From a virus: DNA of 64,000 bases. Made by a program: the position numbers and the translations under genes. Of this stretch, positions 1 through 10,620 are shown in pieces. The notes below the pieces were generated by a model that did no database searches, was not told the DNA's origin, and was given only the letters and a program-made list of their open reading frames with translations. The stretch is taken from IMG/VR virus record IMGVR_UViG_3300032401_000002, positions 1 through 64,000 of that record; one strand, 5' to 3'. How positions within the stretch are numbered: position 1 is the first letter of the stretch; each line of letters begins with the position of its first letter.

Positions 1-218
1 TCTCCGTAGGTACGGTTCATCTTGAGGGGAGTGCGACGGGTGATGATTGCTTCCTCGATGATGTGCTGACGCTCGTCCACACCACGAGGCGCGACCTCAA
101 CGTCAAACTTGTCAACCTCGATGCCCACGAGCGTGGTTACGCCCAGCAGCCTCGACTCCTGCGGATCACGCAGGATGAGAGTCTTGCCGTCGAGGCGGAT
201 GCGTTCCCAGTGGGCCAT
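1..218 (-). CDS. hypothetical protein (partial, runs off window; leaderless start)
   Basis: ATG at 218 lies directly after a TTGACA-N17-TACTCT-TAG promoter; frame is open to the window edge (MAHWERIRLDGK...). Confidence 0.6.
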   Translation of the reverse strand, partial: MAHWERIRLDGKTLILRDPQESRLLGVTTLVGIEVDKFDVEVAPRGVDERQHIIEEAIITRRTPLKMNRTYG

Positions 219-222
219 ATCT

Positions 223-254
223 CTAAGAGTAGTCGAGATTCACGAGGTTGTCAA
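223..254 (-). promoter_or_regulatory. sigma70-type phage promoter
   Basis: TTGACA-N17-TACTCT-TAG; motif recurs through the window. Confidence 0.75.
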
Positions 255-400
255 GGGGCGTGTATTCCGGCTCGTCACCCACCGGAGATTTGACTGATAG
301 GGATACACGCCCCTTGCTTCGCTTACTCATCGCAGGCGGGCATACAAGAGTGCGAACACGAGAAGTAGCACGACTGCCGCCACTGCCTTGACCTCTGGAG

Positions 401-979
401 TCATGGCCCTAACACCAGGGCTAGCTTGGCTCGGGCTATGGTGGCGATCTGACTTACCCTAGACTCGGTGACCCCCATTTGCTCTCCGATCTCCTTGCCT
501 GTTGTCCCGAATGCAAACCCCCACATGACAAGCTGCTCTCTCTCGGTCAACCCCTCCATGGCATGTTGAAGATCAACTCTCAGCCAAGGCGTAGCTTCTA
601 GGTCAGCTAATGGTCGCATGGGAAGATCCGAATCACCCATCATCTCATCGAGAGACTCGATCTTGGCTTTCTTGCCAGCTTCTTTGTCTCTCCTGCCAAC
701 AAACGACAACCTCCTCGTTTCATCCAGGATAGCCCCGTGTATACGCTTGTACGCGAAGTTCTTGAAGTGCTGACCCATAGTGCCGATGCCATCGTCGTGC
801 TTGGAAGGATCGAACCGACGCGCGGCCTCGATCAATCCCACGTAGGCAACAGACACCGCATCTTCAGCCTCGATGAGCTTGGGGATCTTCATCTGCATGT
901 TGCGTGCGATCCCTGACGCGAACGTCATGTACTCGGTGACCAGCTTCTGCTGATTAGGCGTAAGACCCGACAAGGCCAT
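401..979 (-). CDS. RNA polymerase sigma factor, FliA/WhiG-like
   Basis: Region 2 'EDAVSVAYVGLIEAARRFDP..FAYKRIHGAILDETR'; region 4 'LTEREQLV..KEIGEQMGVTESRVSQI'. Confidence 0.9.
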   Translation of the reverse strand: MALSGLTPNQQKLVTEYMTFASGIARNMQMKIPKLIEAEDAVSVAYVGLIEAARRFDPSKHDDGIGTMGQHFKNFAYKRIHGAILDETRRLSFVGRRDKEAGKKAKIESLDEMMGDSDLPMRPLADLEATPWLRVDLQHAMEGLTEREQLVMWGFAFGTTGKEIGEQMGVTESRVSQIATIARAKLALVLGP

Positions 980-1190
980 CCCGCCATTCTGCTGCTACTG
1001 CGAAGGCTTCCCTGCCGGTGGCGAACTGACCCAGATCATGCTGCATCCACTTCTTGAAGTAGTTCCCATCCTTGTCCTGCTCCTCTTCGAGAGTGTTGCC
1101 GATGACCAGGAAGATGCCACCAATTGGCATCACCTGAGTGTAGGGCTGACCTTGTCGAAGGTGACGCTGATGTGCTGTTACCTTGGTCAT
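954..1190 (-). CDS. hypothetical protein
   Basis: ORF overlapping the MazG stop; start MTKVTAH. Confidence 0.55.
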   Translation of the reverse strand: MTKVTAHQRHLRQGQPYTQVMPIGGIFLVIGNTLEEEQDKDGNYFKKWMQHDLGQFATGREAFAVAAEWRDGLVGSYA

Positions 1191-1633
1191 CGATTGTCGC
1201 CGCTGCCTCGGATAACACCACGCTCTTGGCGACTGAACAGCTTGCTGAGGTTGGCCTCGGCAATGCCTTCGAGATCCTGCTTGAGGCCGGTCGCCACTGC
1301 TGCCTGGTACCACAACGTGTCGCCCAACTCGTCAGCCAGCGCGTCTTCCTGGTCGTGCGTGCTGCCCCCTCCTGAGTCGCGGCCCCACTTCTTGAGCTTG
1401 TTGGCCAACTCACCAGCCTCGCCCACGAGACCAAGGATGGGATAAACCAGCCGAGACAACGGAGTCTCTGCGCGGTCTAGGTCGTACTCGGTGTAGGATC
1501 TTGCAGCCTCCTCCTTCTCGCCACTCCTGAGGTACGCCTGTAGGAGAATCGTGCGCACCTGATCCTCGGTGTAGAAGCGAGGAAAGGCAGCCGTGGTGGC
1601 TGCGAGATCCTGGTACTCGTTAAATGTTGTCAT
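1187..1633 (-). CDS. MazG-like nucleotide pyrophosphohydrolase
   Basis: 'FNEYQ..LGLVGEAGELANKLKK..DELGDTLWY..EANLSKL..R..RG..GSGDNR'. Confidence 0.9.
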   Translation of the reverse strand: MTTFNEYQDLAATTAAFPRFYTEDQVRTILLQAYLRSGEKEEAARSYTEYDLDRAETPLSRLVYPILGLVGEAGELANKLKKWGRDSGGGSTHDQEDALADELGDTLWYQAAVATGLKQDLEGIAEANLSKLFSRQERGVIRGSGDNR

Positions 1634-1919
1634 ACTCCTCTTCCCTCGGTGTCGGGTTGTTCATCTCTTCCACCAACATGTTGGCGGTCGCCTTCAGCGT
1701 CTTGGCTGCCAGGGGAAGAACTCGTGGGGAGTACATCACTCCCTGGAAGATGTTGAGCATCACATTCGAGAAGATCTCAAAGCTGGCTCGCATTGCCTCC
1801 TGCTCTTCTGGCTCCATCTCGCCATAGAACTCAGGCAGCTTGAACATGAGCACGGCATCCTCGGTCTTGGCCATTGTTGGTCTGATTGTCATAACCACAT
1901 TGTACAGGTAGGTTGACAA
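1620..1919 (-). CDS. hypothetical protein
   Basis: ORF in tightly packed operon. Confidence 0.55.
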   Translation of the reverse strand: MSTYLYNVVMTIRPTMAKTEDAVLMFKLPEFYGEMEPEEQEAMRASFEIFSNVMLNIFQGVMYSPRVLPLAAKTLKATANMLVEEMNNPTPREEEYDNI

Positions 1920-1947
1920 GGCACCTGTACGGCCACCAGGGCCATCC

Positions 1948-2181
1948 TCAGGCCCTTCGAAGCCCTAGACGCCCAAGGAGTCGATCCCAGCGTGATAGAG
2001 GCTTAGAAGGCCGTACAATGCCCTTCCAACCATCAACGGCTGCAAACAGATCACCCAGGAGAGCTTCGGCGTCATCAAGGCCGATCTCGTAGTCATGATC
2101 ACCAGGAGTGGTGATCTCGATGAAGTGTCTTCCGTTAGCTCGAAGCAGCCGGGCTGAGAGTTTGGTCTGACTCTGTGTCAT
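1948..2181 (-). CDS. hypothetical protein
   Basis: ORF; start placed at MTQSQT. Confidence 0.5.
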   Translation of the reverse strand: MTQSQTKLSARLLRANGRHFIEITTPGDHDYEIGLDDAEALLGDLFAAVDGWKGIVRPSKPLSRWDRLLGRLGLRRA

Positions 2182-2494
2182 CGTCTTCTGGCTCCTCAGG
2201 TTCGGTGGCATCTGCATTCCAACGATCATCCTCGCCATGCCACGCCGTACCCATGAGGATCGCGGTGGCTAGCTCATGAGGACATCCAGCATTGAGCAAA
2301 TCCTCCATTGCGTGGAGATCGATTCGACTTTCGGCCAAGAAGTCAGCCAGATAGGGAGCGTAGCCGAAGGAGCGAAACTGAAACTTCCTCCACTCCAGCA
2401 CGTCCTCGGGGTGGGTAATTGAGTCACTCACGGTACCCTTTAAGTCATCGACCGATGGCTGCTTGTAGGTTAAGGGATGTTTGGGTCTCATCAC
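2135..2494 (-). CDS. hypothetical protein
   Basis: ORF overlapping the RNase H stop. Confidence 0.6.
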   Translation of the reverse strand: MMRPKHPLTYKQPSVDDLKGTVSDSITHPEDVLEWRKFQFRSFGYAPYLADFLAESRIDLHAMEDLLNAGCPHELATAILMGTAWHGEDDRWNADATEPEEPEDDDTESDQTLSPAASS

Positions 2495-2913
2495 GACTTA
2501 GCGTACTCCCTCGTCATCTCATCGGCGAGACTGTTCTGCTCTCGCGGAATCCAATTGAACGTGACTGCGTCGAACATATCAACCTCTGCCTCGGCCCCAG
2601 CCTTGAACTCAAACAGGCTTCGAGCCTTGCATGCCCAGGTGCCGTTCATCTGGTTCACGATCAACTGACTGTCAGAGTAGACATCAACCTCGGTGGCACC
2701 CAACAGTCGAGCACAATACAGCCCGGCGATCACGGCGCTGTACTCAGCCTCATTGACCGTAGTCTCGCCGATGTGCATGCCACCCTTACGAAGAATCTTG
2801 TTGTCCATGTCGCGAACAACATAACCGATGGAGCCGGGGCCGCTCTTACCTCCTGTCGGCCCCTTGACTCCACCAGTCCGCACGCCTCCGTCCGTGTAGA
2901 GCTTGAGCTTCAC
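2491..2913 (-). CDS. rnhA: ribonuclease HI
   Basis: 'LYTDGG..TVNEAEYSAVIAGL..SDSQLIVNQM..WIPREQNSLAD'. Confidence 0.93.
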   Translation of the reverse strand: MKLKLYTDGGVRTGGVKGPTGGKSGPGSIGYVVRDMDNKILRKGGMHIGETTVNEAEYSAVIAGLYCARLLGATEVDVYSDSQLIVNQMNGTWACKARSLFEFKAGAEAEVDMFDAVTFNWIPREQNSLADEMTREYAKS

Positions 2914-3326
2914 TACGGTCTGTCGATGTTCGGGATGAGCGTCTCGGGCTTGAAGATCACCCGGAAGCGGGTTGTTGAAACGTTGATGGGATCGATCTGC
3001 TGGACGACGTAGGTGGTGTTGTCGGAGAGACCCATGAAGAGCTTCTTGTATCGGCCCTTCCCCTCCTTACACGTCACTTCGAGCGCCCCAGCGAGACCGG
3101 ACTGAGCCGTCTCGACAGAGCAGTAGCCTCGGATCTGCCAGAGGTATCCCCCAGTGATGCCGTTGATGCCGACGATGTCGCGAGCAACCTCGAACTGCTC
3201 TGCCGCCTTCGAGATGTTCTTCGCCGCCACGTCCGCGTCGGACTCGTTGCAGCCGGTGAGGATCACGGGAAGTGCCACCAGCACGAGTGCCGCGAGCACG
3301 AGGTAACGCTTGCACTTCATGAACAT
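2913..3326 (-). CDS. putative lipoprotein
   Basis: Signal peptide with lipobox LTGC. Confidence 0.7.
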   Translation of the reverse strand: MFMKCKRYLVLAALVLVALPVILTGCNESDADVAAKNISKAAEQFEVARDIVGINGITGGYLWQIRGYCSVETAQSGLAGALEVTCKEGKGRYKKLFMGLSDNTTYVVQQIDPINVSTTRFRVIFKPETLIPNIDRP

Positions 3327-3327
3327 G

Positions 3328-3531
3328 TTACTTGTCCTTTCGTAGGATGGAACAGACCTCACACGATGGCTTGCAGCCATCTTCGGGGTGGAACACATGC
3401 AGAGGCTCGTGCTTGCCTAGACTGAAGAGAGCGACTTCCAGTTGAGCTATACGAGCCTCGGACTTCCTGGCTCGTTGCTCCCAAGCGTAGCCGTGGTCGC
3501 TCAGTTGTCTGAGGGTCGCCTCGTCGCTCAT
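3328..3531 (-). CDS. hypothetical protein
   Basis: Small ORF in operon. Confidence 0.5.
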   Translation of the reverse strand: MSDEATLRQLSDHGYAWEQRARKSEARIAQLEVALFSLGKHEPLHVFHPEDGCKPSCEVCSILRKDK

Positions 3532-3896
3532 CGTCTCACCACGTAAGGCGAGATGGTGCAGTCAAACCCGAAACGGTTGAGACGTGCAGCCATGTGCTTG
3601 GCTCCGTCTGGGTTCCAAGAGTGGATCGTGACCTTGGCGGGCACGACATCGTTATCGATCATCCACTCCACCAGGTGGAAACCCGTCTTCTCGGACTGAC
3701 CCTTGCCGAACAGAAGCTCGGGGTCGTCGGTGATCTGCTGCTCGCTGAAACCATCGAGGCCGAGATCGTGATCCATCGAGATCTCCACCACGTTGCCCGT
3801 TCTGAGAATGTGCTGGGCTGCCTCGTTGGTGCGCGCCCAGAGCCAACCCTCAGGAGCGGGACGAATGTCATCGTGCCAAAGTCTTACGTCGCTCAT
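3528..3896 (-). CDS. cyclic-phosphate processing receiver domain protein
   Basis: 'LWHDDIRPAPEGW..ARTNEAA..SMDHDLG..TG..IHSWN' pattern. Confidence 0.8.
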   Translation of the reverse strand: MSDVRLWHDDIRPAPEGWLWARTNEAAQHILRTGNVVEISMDHDLGLDGFSEQQITDDPELLFGKGQSEKTGFHLVEWMIDNDVVPAKVTIHSWNPDGAKHMAARLNRFGFDCTISPYVVRR

Positions 3897-4123
3897 TCTT
3901 CCCCCTCTTCGAAGTCGTAGGTGTCAGGAACATCGTACACGATCTCAGGTGCATCGGGGATGTAGCTCACAATGCAATCCTTGGAACAGAAGCAGAACTC
4001 ACCACCAGGGCCATCGAGGAACCACCAGCCGTCCATCGTGGCATCGACTATCTCCTCGTACTCGTCCGTTGTCTTGCCGCACCAGTCGCACGTACAAGTC
4101 ATCCAGGTTACGGCCATAGACAC
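3893..4123 (-). CDS. small Zn-finger-like protein
   Basis: CDWC...FCSKDC. Confidence 0.55.
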   Translation of the reverse strand: MSMAVTWMTCTCDWCGKTTDEYEEIVDATMDGWWFLDGPGGEFCFCSKDCIVSYIPDAPEIVYDVPDTYDFEEGEE

Positions 4124-4227
4124 ATTCTAGCATGCCACCTAGAAGGCTACGATCACGAAGGCAAGTGCTACGACGTACCAGAAACCGAGGCATATCGCAA
4201 TCATCCAGAGCCAGGTGGTGCCCACGC

Positions 4228-4467
4228 TCACTTGTCGCCCCCTCCGTAGAGTCCAACCGACAAGTCCAACGAGGGTGCCTGTCTCTGGACGAGCCGCTCG
4301 CTATTGTAGCGGGAGGACAAGCCACCGAAGTCACCCGTGAGGAGACAACGCTCGCACTGCTCGCAGAGATCGACCGTCTCGTTGTAGGGGTCACGCTGGC
4401 TACCCTTCTCGGGGCCGACGTTGACCGCCTTGGCACCAAGATCCAGACAGTTGATGCAGAGTCTCAT
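4228..4467 (-). CDS. hypothetical Cys-rich protein
   Basis: CINC...CEQC. Confidence 0.5.
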   Translation of the reverse strand: MRLCINCLDLGAKAVNVGPEKGSQRDPYNETVDLCEQCERCLLTGDFGGLSSRYNSERLVQRQAPSLDLSVGLYGGGDK

Positions 4468-4738
4468 GGCTTCCTTCCTGTGCCGCCGCAGCGGACACGT
4501 ACAAGCATGGACGATCCCCAGCGCATGCCCATGCGCTTGTGAGCAGCGATCTTGCCGTCCTTGCGGAGGGCCTTCTCCTCACCGCACACGGGGCACACGC
4601 CGGTCATGAATCAGACTCCCCGGTGAGGGCGCGAGAGGTCAGCGTTCTCCAGGAACGCCCGACTCGGCCGACCGACACCGAAGCAGCGGTCATCCTTGAG
4701 CCGAAGGGCCACGAACCACTTGCCGACGTAGAGCCGCA

Positions 4739-5182
4739 TTAGAAGACCTCCACATAGTTGGGATCACGAGTCTCGACGCCGAAGAGCGGGGACATGCCGC
4801 TCGCACCGTGCGAGTAGTCGCTGACCTGGATCTCGCGCTCGACCTCCACCGCCGAGAAGCCAACCGACTCCACCGCGTAGTAGGTCTCGAAGACGCGGAT
4901 CACGTCACCCACCGACACTGAGCGCTCCTGGTAGGCGTCGTCACCCACGAACTGGGGAGCGCCACGGTTGAACATCGCGTAGGCGCTGTTCAGGATCTCG
5001 GTGTCTGAGGGGTAGTTGCATGCGTCGTACGAGATCACGACTTCGAGGGGATCACCGTTGGTGTAGCCGTCCATCATGGCGATGCTGCGACCCTCGGCGT
5101 CAGTCGCGCGGTTGAGAAGGATCTCGACGTTGGTGCGGTAAGCGTTCTTGACGGGCATGCGGGTCTCCTTTGTCGAAGTCAT
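4739..5182 (-). CDS. YodL-like domain protein
   Basis: 'RSVSVGDVI..YAVESVGF' motif; leaderless start after promoter. Confidence 0.6.
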   Translation of the reverse strand: MTSTKETRMPVKNAYRTNVEILLNRATDAEGRSIAMMDGYTNGDPLEVVISYDACNYPSDTEILNSAYAMFNRGAPQFVGDDAYQERSVSVGDVIRVFETYYAVESVGFSAVEVEREIQVSDYSHGASGMSPLFGVETRDPNYVEVF

Positions 5183-5185
5183 ATT

Positions 5186-5217
5186 CTAAGAGTAGACGAC
5201 AAACTGGGACTTGTCAA
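5186..5217 (-). promoter_or_regulatory. sigma70-type phage promoter (leaderless)
   Basis: TTGACA-N17-TACTCT-TAG-aat-ATG. Confidence 0.8.
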
Positions 5218-5229
5218 CCCCCAGATGCA

Positions 5230-7039
5230 TCAGGAGGGTCGCTCTCCGTCCAACACCCAAGCGAGACACAGCTTCTTGGCCTCTGTCTCGCTCTGCCTTA
5301 GAATAGTCTTCTCATCGAAGTACCCACTCTCCCTCAGAGAACGAAGAGCGACATTGAAGCGATCATCCACCGCTCGCGGCGTGTAGGACGCACGACGCAT
5401 CCCGTCTAGTGACTCGTAGTCGCCGTAGGGTGACCAATACGGCCGACCCTTGTGGATGCGGACACGCTCACCGAAGTACAAGGCATCGCCCAGCTTCTCG
5501 CTCTCGGCGTGGAGCTTCCGAAGCTCTTTGCCGATCTCAACCAGGCGCTTGCGAGCAGCGGGCGCAGCCTTGCGGGATGCTAGGGCTTCTGCCTCTGAGT
5601 CAAAGACGGCGTAGCTCACGATCCACCCTTAACCCAGAAGGCCAGACACTCCTTGTCGGGTTGCCCCACAGTCAGCACGGGCCTGAGCATCGTGATGGTG
5701 AACTCACCGTCTCGATCACGAGAGATACTCATGAAGGGCTTAGTGTCTCCGCTGATGATCTCCAGCTTGGCTCTCGCCATGACGGTGATCTTCGTCTGGA
5801 TGGTGCCATCCACAGCGACGATGGTGAAGTCGTCGGACTTGATTGCCTTGGTATTCTTCATACGAGATCCTCTCCGTACGAGAAACCTTCCTCGATGGTG
5901 TCGTCATCCGGCTCAACGATCTCATCGTCGGGCTGCCAGTCGTCGGCAACGACCTCGATGTCATCGAACATGAAGACGAACGGCTCGTCCTCGTAGCCAG
6001 GGTAGCCAACGTTGACCAGGTACCCAGAGAACCGCTCGGGATCTCCAGGGAAGTCGTCCCACTCGACGTGGACATACGGGCCGTACTGAACGGCGCGCTG
6101 GAGATCGTCGTCGTAGTCCCCGTCCATCTCGTCAAGCCTGACAACGGTGCCACCGGGAAGGTTACTGTCGGTTGAGACCCTCGTACCGATCTTGATCTCG
6201 GTGCCGCTCGCATCCTCGTATCGATCACTCATGACTTGACTACCTTTCCCTCAATGACAGGAACCTTGAACATCTCGCTGAGATCATCCATGGGGACGAT
6301 CACGACGGCCTCGCGCCATTCGTACGCGAAGCGGTCACCCGTCCACGTTTCCTTGAGAGCGTTGATCATCTCCTCGCCCTCCTCCAGCGGAATCTGGTTC
6401 ATGTACTCGTTGTTAAAGGCACCCACGATGAACGGCTCAGCTTGGTCATCAGCCTCACGACCGACAATCAGTAGCAGTGACTCGTATTTCACGATCCCTC
6501 CTTCGACCACAACTGGCTCATGACATTGGCGTTACGACGGTCGCGCTCCTGCTGGACGATCTTCTTCAACTCTTCCTCGATCTCGACGGCAGTCACCCAC
6601 CCGTTGCCCAGAGCTTCGGCCACAACGTTGCGAACAACAATCTCGTCCGCTATGGGGAACACACTCGCCATCAGTCGTCATCCTCGACAACAGGAGCCAG
6701 CTTGGCCTCGAACCGTCCGCCACCGACCTTGACGTACTTCACGTCGCGACCCTCGGCGATCAGGTCAGCGTAGACGAAGGCGTCGTAGCGGTCAGTCGGC
6801 TGATAGAAGCTCTGGACGAAGTCCTGCTTGAACGAGTGCTTGTGCTTGGTGTCGCACACCGAGGCGCAGGGCGTGAAGCCTTCGTCGGGATACCAGATCG
6901 TGAACTTACCGCTGGCGTGCTCGCGAACTTCGACGTGCCCCTTCAGGTTCTTGCAAGCAGTCTCGATCAACATCTGACGCGAGTCGATGATGCCGATGAC
7001 CTCTCGGGGCTTGGGTGTTCTACGAAGTGACAGACTCAT
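5230..7039 (-). other. operon of six small hypothetical genes (5230-5619, 5616-5861, 5858-6232, 6229-6510, 6489-6671, 6671-7039)
   Basis: Consecutive minus-strand ORFs with overlapping stops and starts; no recognisable domains. Confidence 0.6.
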
Positions 7040-7081
7040 GTGATCCTCTCAGACAGAAGATATAGTTTCTCTTAACACACT

Positions 7082-7909
7082 TTAGACGAAAGATGTCGAT
7101 CCGTCAAGTACCATCGCAGAAGTCGTGACGTACTTGGTCACCAGTCCGTACTCGTCCAGCCACACACCAGCGGGCGGAAGATCCATCTTCGCACCAGCGT
7201 CGATGTTGAGCGTGAACGTACCCGCCTGCTTGTACTCGATGAGCACGGGGCCACCTGAGATCGGAGTGTGTCCCAGGATCTGGTTGAACTTCGGATTCTT
7301 CGACTCCTCCCAGGCACCCCAGATGATCCCTCCGAGGGGATCAAGTCCACCACGATCCTTGGGGACGCCAGAGATCAGGTGGTGCTTGCTGAGAGCGTAG
7401 TCGCGGAAGGTGTACTCGTACATGTCATCCTCATCGAGATCGTCGTACAAGCTCGGCTGGAAGAAGTCACCCCAGATTTCATTGATCTCGTCGTAGGCTT
7501 CCCTCGCCGTCTCGAAGTCGAAGTAGTGATGAACGCCAGCGTGAGACAGAAGTGTCTCACCGACGAGGAGGCATGGCACGGCCATCCCGCTATAGTGGCG
7601 CTGCTTGTAGGCATCGATCAAGTCCCGGTCGGGGTAGTAGCCATTGAAGATCATCCCCCTACCAGGCAGGAGATACTCGACCTCGTGGTTACCCACGATG
7701 AGTTGATCAATCCACAGGTCAGCCAGCCTCAGCGACTCGTGGTCGCCCGCGATGTCCTTGTAGGCTCCGCTCAAGAGGTCACCAATGCTGACGACCTTGT
7801 CGTCTAGATTGATGCGCTGGTCATTGTCGTTGATGACTCCAGCCTTGAGCAGGAGCGCTCGAAGAGCGTCCGGCTTGCCATGCAGATCGGGGATGACGAA
7901 AGTATTCAT
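7082..7909 (-). CDS. calcineurin-like metallophosphoesterase
   Basis: DLHG, GDL, GNHE, HAG and GHT motifs; upstream TGcTACACT-TAG leaderless promoter. Confidence 0.88.
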   Translation of the reverse strand: MNTFVIPDLHGKPDALRALLLKAGVINDNDQRINLDDKVVSIGDLLSGAYKDIAGDHESLRLADLWIDQLIVGNHEVEYLLPGRGMIFNGYYPDRDLIDAYKQRHYSGMAVPCLLVGETLLSHAGVHHYFDFETAREAYDEINEIWGDFFQPSLYDDLDEDDMYEYTFRDYALSKHHLISGVPKDRGGLDPLGGIIWGAWEESKNPKFNQILGHTPISGGPVLIEYKQAGTFTLNIDAGAKMDLPPAGVWLDEYGLVTKYVTTSAMVLDGSTSFV

Positions 7910-7941
7910 AGACTAAGTGTAGCACACAACCGGGATGGCGT

Positions 7942-8436
7942 CTATCGGAGCCACAACTCTTTGTAGTCGAAGTCTTCTACGTAAGCGATGGTTATCCACT
8001 CATCGCGCCCGTCCTCGAACGTGTTGTGTTCATCACTGAATGCATACAAGACACCCTTGTAAGTGTACGTCATCAGCGGAAGATCCTCGGTGCCCAGGAG
8101 AAAGTTGCGGCCGAACTTAGTGATGCGATACATGCCATGCCCATCGCGACCATGACTGCCCGTGGATTCCTCTGGCTCGATTAGGAACCAATGCCTAAGC
8201 AACGCCGCTACGTTGCCAGGATTGAGACCATGTTCGTTCAGGGCCGGGGCCATCTTGATGAACTCTCTCGGATGAGTGTCATCCCACTGGCGCATGAAGT
8301 TGAGCGCTCGGGCGAGAGTCAGATCGAATGGGCGTCCGTCGATGTGCGACCGTCTATCACACACGCAACAGAATACCTCTTCTCCTGCTCCGAGGTCTGC
8401 CGCAAACTTCTGGCGAGCCTCCTCCACCGTGGTCAT
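7942..8436 (-). CDS. hypothetical protein
   Basis: 164-aa ORF with CxxC. Confidence 0.6.
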   Translation of the reverse strand: MTTVEEARQKFAADLGAGEEVFCCVCDRRSHIDGRPFDLTLARALNFMRQWDDTHPREFIKMAPALNEHGLNPGNVAALLRHWFLIEPEESTGSHGRDGHGMYRITKFGRNFLLGTEDLPLMTYTYKGVLYAFSDEHNTFEDGRDEWITIAYVEDFDYKELWLR

Positions 8437-8551
8437 CGGCGCTTGCCGATCCAGAACTCAGTCATGAACTTGCCCACGCGGAGAACGATGACCACGCACC
8501 CGTAGTCTCGATCCTCTTTGTCGAACGTAGAACCTCTGGTTATCTCGAAAC

Positions 8552-9178
8552 TTACCATTCTAGTGCCTCCGCGATAGCAGGGAATTGTTCAGCGAACACG
8601 AGCTTGATCTCTTCGGCGATCTCCAGGTGCTCAAGTTGAGTGCCCGGCGTGGTGCGAAGCTGGAGATAGTGAATCCACGACCTCAGAGTGCCGTTCATGT
8701 ACAGCTTGGTCTCGGTGCTCAGGGGTAGCAAGAAGCGGGCGCACTCTTTCGCGATCCCGCGTTCGAGGGCTTCCTGGTAGAGCTTGAAGCCCGCCTCGCC
8801 GTGATCCACCTGGACGGTCGAGAACCACAAGCGATCTTCCTGAGACAGGTCATCAATGCTGTTCTGCCGGTTCTTGGTGTCCTGGCGTCGAGCCTCATAG
8901 ACGTAGAAGTCTGATGCAGCGGCGTACCGCTGACTGAACTCCTGGAATGAGAACGACCTATGCCTAAGAATCTGCTGAGCGATAGCTCGACTTGTCGTGA
9001 TCTCGACCACCATGTTGGCCATCTCGAAGATCGACCAGTGATGGTTGCGAATGCAGTAAGCCAAGAGGGGTGCCCACTCATCACTCTCCTGCTTGGGGCT
9101 GCTGACCCGCGCACAATACGCAATGGTCTGCTCGGCATCCGGCGTGGCTGAGATCAGCCTAACTTGTCGGAACAACAT
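8552..9178 (-). CDS. thyX: FAD-dependent thymidylate synthase
   Basis: '[14 protein letters not shown]' ThyX motif; 'ECARFLLP', 'LRSWIHY'. Confidence 0.96.
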   Translation of the reverse strand: MLFRQVRLISATPDAEQTIAYCARVSSPKQESDEWAPLLAYCIRNHHWSIFEMANMVVEITTSRAIAQQILRHRSFSFQEFSQRYAAASDFYVYEARRQDTKNRQNSIDDLSQEDRLWFSTVQVDHGEAGFKLYQEALERGIAKECARFLLPLSTETKLYMNGTLRSWIHYLQLRTTPGTQLEHLEIAEEIKLVFAEQFPAIAEALEW

Positions 9179-10000
9179 CCTCGAACTCCTCCCAGTCTCG
9201 GTCTAGCTTCTCGGTGATGTAGCGCAGTACCATCAGGGGATGAGTGAGACATGACTTGTCCCTGCCCACAGCCTCGACACGCAACATGTAGGCGTCAAGA
9301 TCCGCGTGATGGATGATCTCGACATGAGCACCACCAAGCTCCAGCCTTGAGATAGCGTATTGGGTGACATAGAGCCTCTCGCCCTCAGGAGCCGTTTTAA
9401 GCTCTTCCGAGGCGTCACCCAACACGTTGCTCACCTTTGTCCTGGGAGGAGCTTAGGATGGCTCTCATGCGAGCACAGGGGCCGCTGCGGGGCATAGCTC
9501 AACCACGATGTCGCGATCCATGAGGAGCCACGTCCTGCGCCTGTCATCATCGGGGTCTGTGAAGGCCCGTAGCTCGAACTCGTTGAAGACGACACCGGCT
9601 GCGTCGAACGGGCCGTTCTGCACGACACACACCAGCACCTTGGTCTTGTCCTCGGGTAGGTCGGGCGTTGTGACCACGGCACCGAAGTTGTCGATCAGTT
9701 GCAAATCCTTGGCCAGATTGAAGGCCGTCTCGATGTAGTATCCCATGACTCTCCTTACGAACGTAGCTCTTCAAGCTGCTGGGCGTAGACTTGATCTTCT
9801 TCCGACAAGGCTACTGCGTAGTACATGATGTGGAAGTCCCTCGGGGAGGTACTCCACGAATCTGCGATCCACTTCTCTGCGTCCTCGATTGTGTTGAAAC
9901 CCCGTGACTCTTCAAGCGTGGTGGTCGCAAGGAACACCCCTGTCTTGTCGAGCCAGTAGCCGTGGTATCGAATGACAACCGAGGACGCAGATCGCTTCAT
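9159..10000 (-). other. three small hypothetical genes (9159-9434, 9465-9746, 9755-10000)
   Basis: Consecutive minus-strand ORFs. Confidence 0.55.
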
Positions 10001-10602
10001 ACGAAGTCGTGAGCCGACAGCCCCTCGCTGCTGGGGCTGAACTTGAGTCCCGCCTCGTTCTCAAGGAACTCGATGCGCTGAAGTGCCTCGGTCAGTCGAG
10101 CATCGATTGCCTCGACGTACGCGGCGTCAGCGTCAGACTCTTCTTCGACGTTGGCAACCCAATCGGCAAGAGCAGTCGTCTCCAGTCCCATGTCATCGAA
10201 TCCTCTCTGGATCGAATCGATGAGAGTGCCGAACGCCTTGTCTCTACTCTCGAACGCTGAATCGAGATCGCTCTCCATGGTCTCGATAGCTGTGGCCAAG
10301 AGGACGAAGTCCGACTCTTCGAGAGTGTCGTCCTCGTCAGAGAAGCTGTCGAGCCACGCCAGGAACTCTTCCGTGTCCATGGCCTCGGGAGCACCGTCAC
10401 CGACGACGATGTACTCGTCCTCGAAGCTGGGTGTCTCCAGGGCAGCATCGAGACCCTCGGCATACGCCTCAGCCTGCAAGAGCCTGATGCGATTCGAGAG
10501 GGTTTCGTCCTGCTCGACCGTAAGGCCGAGTTCTTCCGTGCAGTACCCTACCAACCTACAAAGGGGCGGGCACTCGCTGATGTCAACCGTGTTTGTGTCC
10601 AT
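9997..10602 (-). CDS. acidic coiled-coil hypothetical protein
   Basis: ORF; start MDTNT follows an extended -10 element TGtTACACT. Confidence 0.6.
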   Translation of the reverse strand: MDTNTVDISECPPLCRLVGYCTEELGLTVEQDETLSNRIRLLQAEAYAEGLDAALETPSFEDEYIVVGDGAPEAMDTEEFLAWLDSFSDEDDTLEESDFVLLATAIETMESDLDSAFESRDKAFGTLIDSIQRGFDDMGLETTALADWVANVEEESDADAAYVEAIDARLTEALQRIEFLENEAGLKFSPSSEGLSAHDFV

Positions 10603-10620
10603 GGGCAGAGTGTAACACAC

